Assembly: GCA_963796275.1 (NCBI GenBank)
Contig: CAWCKY010000006.1
Span: 1,856,001 to 1,920,000 of the forward strand
From: an uncultured Acidobacteriota bacterium
GTDB lineage: Bacteria; Acidobacteriota; Blastocatellia; RBC074
Direction of reading: 5' to 3'
DNA length: 64,000 nucleotides
Shown: positions 32,050 through 45,403 of the stretch, piece after piece
Layout of the letters: every line of letters begins with the position of its first letter
How positions within the stretch are numbered: the first letter of the stretch is position 1
Notes under the pieces: generated by a model
Told to the model about the DNA's origin: nothing
The model's input: the letters and a program-made list of their open reading frames with translations, nothing else
The model's database searches: none
Program-made: the position numbers and the translations under genes

Positions 32050-33510
32050 ATGAAGAAGAATCTACTTATCTATTTAGTCGTACTGGTTATATCCGGCGCG
32101 TGTATTTATCTCATATTGTTATCCGGATCGCATTTGGAATCAGGCTCGCCGGCCCTTCGGGAATACCAAGGACATTCCGATACAGCCGGATCCCAATCTC
32201 GGCAAAAGGAAAATACCATAACCAGCATCGGCGAGGTTTTGCACGAGCATCTGCGCGAGCCTATCAGCATCCTGCTTCTGCAGGTAATTGTTATCCTCAT
32301 TGTATCCAGGGCAGTCAGTCTTTTATTCCATAAAATCGGCCAGCCCTCCGTCATCGGAGAAATGGTTGCAGGGCTACTCCTTGGGCCATCCCTGCTTGGG
32401 ATGCTATTCCCCAATGTCATGTCGTTCCTGTTCCCCGCGTCATCAATGGGCACATTGAGATCGCTCAGCCAGATTGGCGTGATACTATTCATGTTTATCG
32501 TCGGGACGGAAATAAACGTGCGACACCTGAAGGAGAAGGCGCGGGCTGCCGTGATCATCAGTCACACCAGCATCATCGTGCCCTTCATACTGGGCGTCAC
32601 CGCCTCGCTCCTCATTTATCGCAGCTTCTCGCCTTCCACCATTTCGTTCACATCATTTGCTTTGTTTATGGGAGTCGCAATGAGCGTCACGGCTTTCCCG
32701 GTGCTGGCCCGCATTATCGACGAGCGGGGAATGTCAAACTCATACCTGGGAAGTACTGCCATCGCTTGCGCGGCGGTAGATGATGTTACGGCCTGGTGCA
32801 TACTGGCGACCGTGATCGCGGTCGTGAAAATGAACGGTATCTGGCCCTCCGCGCTGACTATTTTCTTGGCTCTCGCATTTACCGCGTTTATGCTCTATGT
32901 GCTCAAGCCGCGACTTAACCGTGTTATTGGAGAGGGTGTTGAGATAGGGAAAAACGGCAGTGGGATTCTGGTCTTCGCTCTGGTGTTGGCATTTATCTCC
33001 GCATACTTCACGGAGGTGATCGGCATCCACGCGCTTTTCGGCGCCTTTCTGGCTGGAGCGGTGATGCCGGCCACAAGTACGGTTAGCTCGTTCTTAAGAG
33101 ACAAGATCGCGGCTTTCAGCTCGACCGCCTTGCTCCCTCTCTTCTTCGCGTTCACGGGATTGCGAACTCAGATTTCTCTGCTTGACGATTGGCAAAGCTG
33201 GCTGGTGTGCGCCGGCATAATCGCTGTGGCGATCGTTGGAAAACTGGGTGGCGGTATGCTGGCTGCCCGCTGGGCCGGGATGAGCTGGTTCGATTCGATC
33301 TCGATCGGTGTTCTGATGAACACGCGCGGCCTGATGGAACTGGTCGTACTCAATATTGGGTATGATCTGGGAATTCTGTCGGGGCGAATCTTTGCCATAA
33401 TGGTCCTGATGGCTCTGGTAACAACCTGTATGACGGGGCCGCTACTGTCGCTCCTCGCATTGACAGAACGGAAGGAGATCGTAAAAGAACAACCCGCGAC
33501 AATCGCCTGA
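32050..33510 (+). CDS. cation:proton antiporter (CPA2/KefB-like)
   Basis: [39 protein letters not shown]. Confidence 0.93.
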   Translation: MKKNLLIYLVVLVISGACIYLILLSGSHLESGSPALREYQGHSDTAGSQSRQKENTITSIGEVLHEHLREPISILLLQVIVILIVSRAVSLLFHKIGQPSVIGEMVAGLLLGPSLLGMLFPNVMSFLFPASSMGTLRSLSQIGVILFMFIVGTEINVRHLKEKARAAVIISHTSIIVPFILGVTASLLIYRSFSPSTISFTSFALFMGVAMSVTAFPVLARIIDERGMSNSYLGSTAIACAAVDDVTAWCILATVIAVVKMNGIWPSALTIFLALAFTAFMLYVLKPRLNRVIGEGVEIGKNGSGILVFALVLAFISAYFTEVIGIHALFGAFLAGAVMPATSTVSSFLRDKIAAFSSTALLPLFFAFTGLRTQISLLDDWQSWLVCAGIIAVAIVGKLGGGMLAARWAGMSWFDSISIGVLMNTRGLMELVVLNIGYDLGILSGRIFAIMVLMALVTTCMTGPLLSLLALTERKEIVKEQPATIA

Positions 33511-33664
33511 TGAACAGATGTACCTTCATCGCGCCGGCACAGATGTTGCCAGGAGGATAACCGAGGCCGATTATCCTCCGGCAACCGCAGCAATCTCCGT
33601 TCGCTCGCGGTGAATCAGATACCCTGGGACGCATTGCGAACTTCGCCAGCCGTTACCTCGCCAT

Positions 33665-34072
33665 TCAGCCTTGAGCTATTGCGCTCGGATCCATGTAGAA
33701 GACCTCCCAAATGTGGCCATCAGGGTCCTGAAACCCGTGTGAGTACATAAATCCGTGGTCTTGTGCTTTGTTGTAAGTTGTTCCGCCCGCGGCGACTGCC
33801 TTGCTCACGAGTTCGTCGACTTTCGCTCTACTGTCGATTGATAGAGCCACCAGAACTTCTGTGCTCTTAGTCGCGTCGCAAATTTCTTTGGGAGTGAAAG
33901 TTTTGAATTTCTCGTGAGTCAACAACATGACGAATATGTCTTCCGTCACAATCATGCACGTGGCAGTATCGTCCGTGAATTGGGAATTAAACGTAAAACC
34001 GAGTTTTGTAAAAAACTCAATCGACTTTTTGAGATTTTTTACGGGTAGGTTCACAAAAATTTTAGTAGCCAT
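33665..34072 (-). CDS. VOC/glyoxalase family protein
   Basis: IFVNLPVKNL, FQDPDGHIWEV. Confidence 0.92.
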   Translation of the reverse strand: MATKIFVNLPVKNLKKSIEFFTKLGFTFNSQFTDDTATCMIVTEDIFVMLLTHEKFKTFTPKEICDATKSTEVLVALSIDSRAKVDELVSKAVAAGGTTYNKAQDHGFMYSHGFQDPDGHIWEVFYMDPSAIAQG

Positions 34073-34111
34073 CTCTATCTCCTTTTTTCTTTAACTTTAT
34101 TCACAAGTAAA

Positions 34112-34137
34112 TCGAACGGCGTGAGCCCGAATCGACA
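34112..34137 (-). promoter_or_regulatory. ECF42-like promoter TGTCGATT-N11-CGTTCGA
   Basis: Exact motif 40 bp upstream of the VOC start. Confidence 0.75.
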
Positions 34138-34145
34138 TAACCGGA

Positions 34146-35232
34146 TTATTTAACAATATTTTTATTATCGGTGCCCATCGAGACGGGGAGGCAGAGAAAT
34201 TCTCCATACTGGCGCGCAGCAGCGGTCACGGTTCGGCTCTCGGCTTTCGTCAATCGCTTGAAAGTATTTGTTTCAATCACAACGGCAGCTCTTTTCAGCG
34301 TTCGTTTCCAGGTTCCCATCAACCTGCCATTGATGAAGATCAGATGACTGAAGACCAACTGGCTGGCACGATCCGCGTCAAAGAAGGCGCTGCGGTCACG
34401 ATAGCCGATCCCGTATTCGTCATAATTCGGTAACAGGTATGCTTTCTGAAAAACGTCGCCTGTTAATGAGATGTTCGGAGAAAACCAATATGTCTGGCCA
34501 TTATATGTCGCATTCTCCAGCAAAGGCCTGGCTGCTTCGACCCCTCGTTTGGCATCGGCCATAGTCAATCCAGACCACCAAACAAAATCCCGGAGGGTTG
34601 CCGGACCGCGACTCGCGAAATATCTTCGGATTAACTCGTACAGTGCTTCATCGCGTTCCATTTGCTTCGCCCGCGGTGCACGCTCTTCCAGTAATGCATA
34701 TGTGAATTGTCGGCCGCGTCGCGCGCCGCTGCAGACGATGCCATCCAGTTCGGCATTCGCCATCAGATACGCCATGCGTAACTCGCCATCTGTGGGGATG
34801 CCGGCTTTCGCAAAGGCGGCGCGCAACTCCGCGCGCGTGAGCTGATGGCCATCCTGCAATGCCTTGGTCAGGACCTTCCGGCTGCGTTGAAATGTGTGTG
34901 GATCGAGTTCGCACTTACGATAGTACGGAGCGTTCAGCGCGTGGACGCGCGGCGCAGTCAGGGCCAGCATCCAGCGAATATCGGCGGGAGCTACGAAATG
35001 CCATGTCGGCCGTAAAACATGCGCGCGTAAAAATAGATCCATCCGTAAAGGCGCGCTCTACCTGTTCGTCGGTTGAACCCGGTAAGCGCACACCCAATGC
35101 CCATTTGGCGCCGACATAATCCTGCGCCTGGATGGCGCCAAGCCAACGCACTATTTCGGCGGGTTTCTTGAACCGAGAGCCGGTGAGGTGCTGGTTCTGC
35201 TGTCGCTTCTGTATGATCTCTAAATTCGTCAT
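34146..35232 (-). CDS. AlkZ/YcaQ-like winged-helix (HTH_42) DNA glycosylase; one +1 frameshift near 35032
   Basis: GAIQAQD (QxQ), LRPTWH, GPATLRDFVWWSGL, LLPNYDEY; extra T in a T5 run. Confidence 0.85.
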
Positions 35233-35598
35233 CTGCGATAATTCTTACTCGCACCGTGATGCTTTGTCGGCCGGGATATCCATAAATAAGTGCGTCGAGG
35301 CGAACCTGGTCCGATCGATGGTTAAATCCGGTTGAAAAAGCAGAGAAAAAAGACGGGGATGATATAGAAATCTGATCACACCTCATGCAAGGCGAGTATG
35401 GGAACCCACAAGGTATGGCTGCGATTGGCGGGCATAAAGACGTTGCCGCCTTTATGCTCGCGTCAGGTGCCCGGGAATAACGAACCCTCTCTCCGTTCGA
35501 TTCGATTATGCGATGATACGGAAGTATCTAATGGGAACGATATCCTGCGATGGGCGCATGGCCGAAACCCCGTAATGCTTTCTCAGGCGTCCGATTCC

Positions 35599-35997
35599 TT
35601 AGCTTTTCAGCGGAAGGAACGAGCGCAGCCTGTCATCGCGCAAGAAAAGCCCGACCCAGACCAGCGCGCCGATAATGATCGGCATGAAATATGGATCGCC
35701 AACGCGCACATGGGTTGCAGTTGCCCCACCGAGATACCCCGTCAATAAGATCGCCCCGAGTACGGCTGTGCGCGGAATAGCATAAAGGATCGCACATGCA
35801 ATCTCGGCTATTCCGATCCCGAGTATTACGTTCCCGGGATATCCGAGCCGTGTGAATTCATCAACCACCTGAACCGGTTTGAACAATTTCCCGATGCCGC
35901 TGAACAGCAGCATCAATACCAGCAGGCCACTGATGACGCGTCCTGCCCAGATCAGCTTATTTGAAACAGGAGCAGAATGAGTAGTAACCGATTGCAT
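35599..35997 (-). CDS. DoxX family membrane protein
   Basis: LYAIPRTAVLGAILLTGYLGGATATH. Confidence 0.9.
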   Translation of the reverse strand: MQSVTTHSAPVSNKLIWAGRVISGLLVLMLLFSGIGKLFKPVQVVDEFTRLGYPGNVILGIGIAEIACAILYAIPRTAVLGAILLTGYLGGATATHVRVGDPYFMPIIIGALVWVGLFLRDDRLRSFLPLKS

Positions 35998-36027
35998 CAA
36001 TTTTCCTCCGGAGCTTACCCAGCTCCA

Positions 36028-36384
36028 TTATTCAGCGGGTAATCCCGCGATCTCCATCACCGGCCGGATTTCGACGGTGCCCACGCGCGCGCCCGGAATT
36101 TGTGCGGCGATGCTGATCGCCTCATCGAGATCTCTGGCGTCGACCATGAAGTATCCGCCCAATTGTTCGCGCGTCTCTGCAAACGGACCATCGGTCACGA
36201 AACGTTTGCCCTCACGCATACGGACGCTGGTCGCTGTTGCTGTCGGATGCAACGGGTTGGCGCCCAGATATTGCCCGCTCGCCTTCAATTGGTTAGAGAG
36301 CTGTGTGGACTCCGCATAACAATGCTCCCGTTCAGCATCGCTCAATACCTGTTCATCAAGATAAATGAGCAACATGTATTTCAT
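36028..36384 (-). CDS. YciI/DGPF family protein
   Basis: MKYMLLIY, TDGPFAETREQLGGY, EIRP. Confidence 0.93.
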   Translation of the reverse strand: MKYMLLIYLDEQVLSDAEREHCYAESTQLSNQLKASGQYLGANPLHPTATATSVRMREGKRFVTDGPFAETREQLGGYFMVDARDLDEAISIAAQIPGARVGTVEIRPVMEIAGLPAE

Positions 36385-36405
36385 TTGTATACCTCCATCC
36401 ATTAA

Positions 36406-36431
36406 TCGAACGCTGAGTGCCGGAATCGACA
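36406..36431 (-). promoter_or_regulatory. ECF42-like promoter TGTCGATT-N11-CGTTCGA
   Basis: Exact motif immediately upstream of the DGPF gene. Confidence 0.8.
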
Positions 36432-36577
36432 TCTAATCGAAATTTATTTTAGTCAAGCACGCAATTTAGAATAGTCGATTCACCACAAAATTCACAAATA
36501 TTCAACAAACTAAAATAAATGAGGGCGCGCGGCTCTCAGACATCGACTTTTAATTAGCGGGCGCGATGAGGACGATG

Positions 36578-36722
36578 TCATTCATACTTCAACGCTACTA
36601 TCGGTTCCGTCCTGGCCGCCCGTCGGGCCAGGGAGGTAGCAGGCGAGGAGCGCCACCGCCGCCAACAGCGATGCCACCCCGGCGTATGTCAGCGGATCGG
36701 TAGCCGTCACGCCGAAAAGCTG
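36578..36722 (-). pseudogene. ADOP permease C-terminal remnant
   Basis: QLFGVTATDPLTYAGVASLLAAVALLACYLP/ARRAARTEPIVALKYE* with no upstream gene body. Confidence 0.85.
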
Positions 36723-36983
36723 GTGGCGATAAAACGGCTTCTTTTATCGGTAGAGATTTGAGTTCCTGGTGCCAGCCGTCCAGCACTCGTTGAGGCAGTT
36801 AATCGAAGAGGTGAAAACATACGTGTTGTGTTACGCCTTCGCCTTCGAAATGCGGGAAATAGCCGCGCGAATACCAGCTATCGCGCGATTCCTCTTTGGA
36901 CACAACCAATCTATAGTTGAAAAACGTTGGCAACGGGTTCTATCCTGGTGTCTAAGCTTCCAGACATGCCGGCTTCTCTGTGA

Positions 36984-37319
36984 TCAGGCGTCGCGCAGGA
37001 TCAGCTCGACTGCTCCCGAGAACCTCTTCCAGGTCTCCAACTCCTCGTCGAGCTTCTTCTTCCCGGCTGCGGTCAGTTTATAGAATTTGGCGCGCCGGTT
37101 ATTCTCCGACGCTCCCCACTCAGCGGCGACCAGTCCCCGCGCCTCCATCCGGTGCAGGGCAGGATAGAGCGATCCTGGGATGACGGTAAATACATCGCCC
37201 GAGACGAGTTGTATGCGCAGCATTATGTCCCAGCCGTTTAAGGGGCCGTGCCGTAGCACGCGCAAGATGAGCAGGTCCAGCATTCCCTGCAACATGTCCG
37301 TTTTCTTTTTCTTTGTCAT
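36984..37319 (-). CDS. PadR family regulator (acidobacterial type)
   Basis: LQGMLDLLIL, GSLYPALHRME, WGASENNRRAKFY. Confidence 0.93.
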   Translation of the reverse strand: MTKKKKTDMLQGMLDLLILRVLRHGPLNGWDIMLRIQLVSGDVFTVIPGSLYPALHRMEARGLVAAEWGASENNRRAKFYKLTAAGKKKLDEELETWKRFSGAVELILRDA

Positions 37320-37438
37320 GGAATTCCTCAGAAAATAGTTTCAGCCTCGATCACTATGGAAGCTTTCAGTCCCCGATCGAAACACCTGACTAAGAACCGA
37401 ATTCATTCATTTATTCTTAATTGGAGTCATATCTGGCT

Positions 37439-37494
37439 CCTCTCGGTTCTCGATAGGCCGAAGCTTAAAGATTTACCAATCGAGTGTCAATAGG
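37439..37494. promoter_or_regulatory. paired putative PadR operators, one overlapping TTGACA
   Basis: cctctcggttctcgatagg (37439-37457) and ccaatcgagtgtcaatagg (37476-37494), 19-bp imperfect palindromes. Confidence 0.5.
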
Positions 37495-37934
37495 TAGGTA
37501 TGCTGAGGACCTGCGTGTTGAACATTTATCGAAGGGCAAACTTACATTCGATATCCTGCCCGGTCAGAGAAGAGGCGGCCCCTGATTCACCTTATGTCCG
37601 GGAGTGAGGATGAGGTGGTCTCTCCTTCACTTAAAAATATCTTATGCATCTAGTAGAATGGCTGGTCGATTGATGAAGCAAGGATAGGTACGCCCACGCC
37701 AGCCTTGTTTAATTCTTGGGACAAAAAACAGACACCTCCGTCTAATTCATTGATTGTCCAAAGACGCAAGTTAATCCTCCCTGAATAATCAAATACAAGA
37801 GAAAGTGTGCGTGACGTGCAGCAATGAAGGCTGCAGCGTTCGAGTAAATGATCGATCTTCACCGTGGGCTAGCGACCTACTCGGGGTGAATCAAAAGACT
37901 CGTTTTCTTGAATGTAATAAAAAGAGGAGAAACA

Positions 37935-40680
<2,746 letters not shown>

Positions 40681-40686
40681 TTCGGT

Positions 40687-40764
40687 GATTGATAGTTGAT
40701 AATTGATAATTGATAATTCGTATACGTGGTGGTCACAGCGTATACGAATAATCAATTATCAATT
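40687..40764. repeat. 7-bp TTGATAA tandem repeat with inverted partner
   Basis: ttgatagttgataattgataattgataatt ... aatcaattatcaatt. Confidence 0.7.
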
Positions 40765-40924
40765 TCGCTCATCCGCTATTCAAACCTTAATAACGGCGGG
40801 GAATCTACTTTTTATGGCTCTCCTTGAAAGAGCTGCGGTCCTGCAAAAAGAAGTCTCGATCTTCATGGCGAATTCTGTCGGGTACCTATGGACAATACAA
40901 TGGAAGAAGGGTATCTTCTTTGAC

Positions 40925-41287
40925 ATGTCCAAGGGAAAAAATGCAAATTCGGAGAAGTCTGAAGTCCTCCAGGGGACGCTGGATCTAATGGTGCTGAAAG
41001 TTCTCGAGGCGCTGGGGCCACAACATGGGTATGGCATCGCCAGGCGGATCGAGCAGGTGAGCGAGCAGGTTCTACAATTGAATGAAGGAACAGTCTATAC
41101 CTCGCTCCTGCGGCTGCAGCAACGGGGATGGATCACTGCAGATTGGGGGGCATCGGAGAACAATCGTAAGGCCAAGTATTATTCGATCACCAAAAGCGGC
41201 AGAAAACAGCTTACGAGAGAGACGGAGAGTTGGGAGCGGATGGCCGATGTTATCGGGCGCCTGTTGAAACTGGGGAGCCAGGGCTAG
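40925..41287 (+). CDS. PadR family regulator
   Basis: VLQGTLDLMVLK, HGYGIARRIEQ, WGASENNRKAKYY. Confidence 0.92.
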   Translation: MSKGKNANSEKSEVLQGTLDLMVLKVLEALGPQHGYGIARRIEQVSEQVLQLNEGTVYTSLLRLQQRGWITADWGASENNRKAKYYSITKSGRKQLTRETESWERMADVIGRLLKLGSQG

Positions 41288-41291
41288 ATCG

Positions 41292-41402
41292 GAATTCACC
41301 ATGAAAATCACAATATGTACAAAACACTAACTGAAGAATGAAGAAATAGTGCGTCCTTCAGCCTCAATCCTTTTGTGCTTGTTTGTAGTTTTTGTGGTGA
41401 AT
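41292..41402. repeat. REP-like doublet of the CACCACAAAA..CACAAA family
   Basis: attcaccatgaaaatcacaa ... ttttgtggtgaat; relatives at about 36478, 45157-45385 and 21265-21355. Confidence 0.6.
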
Positions 41403-41538
41403 GGCCGGACCTGTCTTGAAGAATCTCTGCCGGAATAGGCCATCTTCTCATTACTTATGTCGATCGGCAGGCGATCCGGGTAATTGTGCATCATCAATTG
41501 TAACGCCTCTCGCCCTCATCTATAATCCGCATTCGCCC

Positions 41539-42030
41539 ATGAACCTCTTCAGCATCGGTCACAGCAATGTGGGGATCGACGCCTTCATCGACTTACTTCG
41601 GCTTCACCAGATAACCGCGCTTGTTGATGCGCGCAGCCGGCCTTACAGCCGCTACAACCAGCATTTCAGCCGCGAGCATTTGAAACAGTCTCTCGCAGAA
41701 GCCGGGATTGAATACACATATCTTGGGAAAGAGATAGGCGGGCGCCCTGAAGATCCGGCGCTCTATTTTCAAAACGGCAAGGTTGATTATGAGCTAGTAG
41801 CGCGATCGCCATCTTTCCTGGCTGGGATAGAGCGGTTGCTGGCGCTGGCATCGGAGCACCGTGTGGCTTTCATGTGTGCCGAGGCCAATTACAAAAACTG
41901 CCACCGCTACTGGCTAATTACGCGTACTCTGTTGGGATGCGGGATCGAAGTTCGACACATCCTGCATTCGGGCGAAGCGGTCGTTTCGGAAGCATCGGAG
42001 TTCGAACCGGACCAGCCGAGCTTGTTCTGA
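41539..42030 (+). CDS. DUF488 family protein
   Basis: SIGHSN, VDARSRPYS, IGGRP, MCAE...CHR. Confidence 0.9.
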   Translation: MNLFSIGHSNVGIDAFIDLLRLHQITALVDARSRPYSRYNQHFSREHLKQSLAEAGIEYTYLGKEIGGRPEDPALYFQNGKVDYELVARSPSFLAGIERLLALASEHRVAFMCAEANYKNCHRYWLITRTLLGCGIEVRHILHSGEAVVSEASEFEPDQPSLF

Positions 42031-42119
42031 CGGGAGACTGACGACTTTACCAACACGGCGATCGCAACATGCGATCGCGCGATTGCCGGACTCCACGTCG
42101 CTCGCCTCTTAACCCCACC

Positions 42120-42171
42120 GGTGTTGACTACCTACAGAACATGGTTTAGTCTCCTGCTGTTCGCCGACAGG
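42120..42171 (+). promoter_or_regulatory. PadR promoter with two operator-like palindromes
   Basis: tgttgactacctacagaacatgg...ctgctgttcgccgacaggagg, closely similar to 53247-53301. Confidence 0.6.
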
Positions 42172-42178
42172 AGGAAAA

Positions 42179-42526
42179 ATGGAACAGAATAAGAATCAGG
42201 TGCTTCCCGGGACGCTCAATCTGATGATCCTCAAAACCCTGGAGACTCTCGGGCCGCTGCACGGCTATGGGATTGCCCGGCGCATCGAACAGATCAGCGC
42301 CGACCGCTTTCAGCTCAATCAAGGGACGATGTATCCGGCTCTTTTGCATCTGGAGCAGATGGGCTGGATCACCTCCAAGTGGGGCGTTTCGGAGAACAAC
42401 CGGCGGGCCAAGTTTTACGCGATCACGCGTACCGGGCGGAAGCAGCTAGCAGCTGAGGAAGAGAATTGGCGGCAGATATCAGATATTCTGACCCGATTCC
42501 TCGAGCCTTCGGGAGAGAGCCTATGA
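42179..42526 (+). CDS. PadR family regulator
   Basis: VLPGTLNLMILK, HGYGIARRIEQ, GTMYPAL, SENNRRAKFY. Confidence 0.93.
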   Translation: MEQNKNQVLPGTLNLMILKTLETLGPLHGYGIARRIEQISADRFQLNQGTMYPALLHLEQMGWITSKWGVSENNRRAKFYAITRTGRKQLAAEEENWRQISDILTRFLEPSGESL

Positions 42527-42857
42527 TCCCATTGCGGGTCTTCGTTCAGCGTTTACGCAGGCTATTTTTAAGCGGAGGCTCGAGCGGGAATCGGAGAGCG
42601 AGGCGTGTCGGTCCAGGGGCACGCTGCGTGTCGATTGTGGTGTAGATCCTATGAGAGCGCTGGTCTCTGCCAACTCACTGGGAGCGGAGGCGCTTGGGAT
42701 GGCCGATCAAATCGGTTCGATCGCGCCCGGCCTGCATGCGGACATCATCGCGCTCAATGGGGATCCGTTGAAGGAGATCACAGCCGTTCGGAGCGTAGTA
42801 TTCGTGATGAAGGGCGGGGTTGTTTACAAGAACGTCGCGCATCGCGTGACACAATAG
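42523..42857 (+). pseudogene. fused remnants: ADOP N-terminus and amidohydrolase C-terminus
   Basis: MIPLRVFVQRLRRLF overlaps the padR stop (compare MTWLRVFIHRLRGL at 53421); 42651-42857 reads AEALGM..IGSIAPGLHADIIA..GDPL..FVMKGG. Confidence 0.75.
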
Positions 42858-42867
42858 ACTCTCCATC

Positions 42868-45120
42868 CTACCACCTGATCAATCTGATCAAGCTGGCATA
42901 GTCGTCTGTCCACACGGTGCTCCGTGTGCCGCGTATTTCCGAGGTGATATTTTCCCATTTCAGCAAATGCTTGAGGCTCTCCAGAGAGTTGGTGCGTGGC
43001 ACCAGCACGACCCACTCGGACGCGTCGTCACCCCGGGCAGGAGAAATGCCCGAGTCCTGTCGCCAGAGGCATTCTGCGCCTGCTTCGTCCGCTGCTGTCG
43101 CGAGCACGGGTCGCAGATCGACGCTCCGATTGGATACGTGAAAAACCAGGAGCCCGTTTTTGCTCAGCTTCGAGAGGTATAGCCCGATCGCCTCTCTCGT
43201 CAGCAGGTGAGTGGGTATGACGTTGGAGTTGAAGGCGTCCAATACTATCAGGCCGTAACTGCTATCGAGTGCTTCGCTCAATTTGAGCCGTGCATCCCCG
43301 GTGACGATCCTGACATCCACCTGGGCGCAGTCACTGAGATAGGTGAAATAGTCTTTATTCCTTGCTATTTTTATTATCTCCGGATTGAGTTCGTAGAAAG
43401 TCCAATCGTGGCCCGGCCGCGCGTAAGACGCCATTGTCCCAACACCGAGGCCTATCACGGCGACCGATTTTGCAGTCGGGCTGACCTCGAATGCCTTTAT
43501 GATGTCGCCGACCGGTCCTTCCGGATAATAATGGGAAATGGGATCGCACCTGCGATCCGCATCGGTGAACTGTTTACCGTGAACGGAATTGCCATGAATT
43601 AAGCTGTTCAACTCCAGATGCGGTGTCGAAGTCACGCGCAACGCGCCGAAGAAATTACGGCTGGAGTACAGGGTTCCAGTCATTGTCTCCGATGTCAGAG
43701 CGCCGGCGATGATAGTGGCGCCGATGGCAAGCGCGAATCTCAGCGGGTAGTTCCTGAAAAGGTGATTGACCAATACCAGAGGTATCCCGAAGATCAGCGC
43801 CACTCTGGCCACGTCTTCCAGACTGAGAAAAGCAGCGAACCGGGCGAGCACCAACATTAGCGCGCCTACGCACAGCGCATAAACAACATCTTGTAGAATG
43901 GGCCAGGGGGCCAGCCTTCTCTTATCCCACGTACATGCTATGCAGGCGAGAATTATCACGAGCGGATATTCCAAGAATTTGTCGAATATCTGTGGCGCAA
44001 GAAACATGTTAAACGCGCCGCCCAGCCATCCACCGGCCGCAATCATAAAATAGTATTCCGGTAACCTTCCAACCGACGGCTTGGCAGCAGCCAACTCATA
44101 AGTTGTAGCCGCGGTGAGTATAAAAAATGCCGCCAGGTGTAGCAGAGCAAGAGCCCAGGCTGGCTGCGTGGCCTCAGCCACGATGGTCAGCGTTAAAAGA
44201 AGTGCCATACCAGGCACTAACGACTCCGGCCTGAATTTCCAGCGGCGAGACCTCGAAGAGAAGGCCAGTATAAAAGCCAGCAGATATAAGGATAAAGGCG
44301 CCAGCCAGAGTAAGGGGGTCGGTGCGATGGTTGAAGTGACATAGTTCGTCACCCCTAGCAATAAGCTGGTGGGGATGGCGCTCAGCAATAACCACTTCCA
44401 CCTGCTCCCGGCAGGCGCCTCAGTCTCATTGCCGGGCTCGTCCGCGGAAACGGAGATGTTATGGTCTTTCAGCCTTGCTTCGTTTCCCCTCCACCAGACC
44501 ATACCGGCGCTTGCTGTAACGGCCAGGAGATATGCCAGATAGATGCCGGTCCAAACATCAGCCTGGTGGTTGAGTGACAGCGCGGGCTCTACCAGGAAAG
44601 GGTAACCCAGGGTTGCAGCCAGGCTTCCGGCATTACTGACGGCGTAAAGCGAATAGACTGACTGGCCGAAGCCGGGATATATCTGGGCTATCCATGCCTG
44701 CAGGAGCGGGCTCAAGGCGGCGAGCGCAAATGCGGGTAGACCCAACTTGACTACCAATTCGGTGAGCACCGAGAGGATGGGTGAGTAGTTGTAAAGCCAG
44801 TCGGATTCCCTATCACCCAGGTTCAGGGGAAGCGCAATGAAAGCAGTCAGGGTTAAAAGAGCGACATGGATTAGGACCTGTCGTCGGAGGTCGAATAGCT
44901 TGTTTAAGAGGATCACATAGCCGTAGGCCGCTACAATGATCGTCTGAAAGAATAATACGCACCCTCCCCATACCTCAGGCACGCCACCGAAAGAGGGTAG
45001 GAGCGCTTTGGCGATGAGCGGTTGTACCCAAAATAGCAAAATCGAGCTGGTAAACAGTGCTACAGCGAATATCCATGGTGTAGCGCGAGATGGCTCTCTG
45101 AGTGTGGCTATCGTGACCAT
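42868..45120 (-). CDS. fused multi-TM / spermidine-synthase-like SAM methyltransferase
   Basis: LYAVSNAGS, RNFFG, HGKQ, VIGLGVGT, YELNP, GDAR, LDAFNS..PTHLLTREA, HVSNR, WTDD. Confidence 0.9.
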   Translation of the reverse strand: MVTIATLREPSRATPWIFAVALFTSSILLFWVQPLIAKALLPSFGGVPEVWGGCVLFFQTIIVAAYGYVILLNKLFDLRRQVLIHVALLTLTAFIALPLNLGDRESDWLYNYSPILSVLTELVVKLGLPAFALAALSPLLQAWIAQIYPGFGQSVYSLYAVSNAGSLAATLGYPFLVEPALSLNHQADVWTGIYLAYLLAVTASAGMVWWRGNEARLKDHNISVSADEPGNETEAPAGSRWKWLLLSAIPTSLLLGVTNYVTSTIAPTPLLWLAPLSLYLLAFILAFSSRSRRWKFRPESLVPGMALLLTLTIVAEATQPAWALALLHLAAFFILTAATTYELAAAKPSVGRLPEYYFMIAAGGWLGGAFNMFLAPQIFDKFLEYPLVIILACIACTWDKRRLAPWPILQDVVYALCVGALMLVLARFAAFLSLEDVARVALIFGIPLVLVNHLFRNYPLRFALAIGATIIAGALTSETMTGTLYSSRNFFGALRVTSTPHLELNSLIHGNSVHGKQFTDADRRCDPISHYYPEGPVGDIIKAFEVSPTAKSVAVIGLGVGTMASYARPGHDWTFYELNPEIIKIARNKDYFTYLSDCAQVDVRIVTGDARLKLSEALDSSYGLIVLDAFNSNVIPTHLLTREAIGLYLSKLSKNGLLVFHVSNRSVDLRPVLATAADEAGAECLWRQDSGISPARGDDASEWVVLVPRTNSLESLKHLLKWENITSEIRGTRSTVWTDDYASLIRLIRW

Positions 45121-45156
45121 AATGTAGATATGCGACCGGTGCTGTTCGAAAAAAAT

Positions 45157-45385
45157 CTACCACAAAATGCACAAAGAGGACACAAAAGGCACAAAAGAGT
45201 CCGCTTCTTCTTCTTGCCTTTTATGACCTCTTCGTGATTTTTGAGTTTAATCTACTACTTCGCGGCCATATCCATTGTCGAAACCGGGCAGGGAATTCAC
45301 CACAAAAGTAAGAAAAGTGACCAGGAAAAACGCAAATATCCCTTTTGTGCTTTTGTGTCTTCCTTGTGATTTTTGTGGTGAATCT
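45157..45385. repeat. two adjacent CCACAAAA/CACAAAAG-family REP-like doublets
   Basis: ccacaaaatgcacaaagaggacacaaaaggcacaaaag and attcaccacaaaa...ttttgtggtgaat. Confidence 0.7.
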
Positions 45386-45403
45386 TCCTTACCATCGGTC
45401 CAA

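Noticed and set aside
37500-37900. Gene or sRNA in the gap between padR and the glucosidase
   Set aside because: No recognisable protein motif or RNA structure in the frames read.
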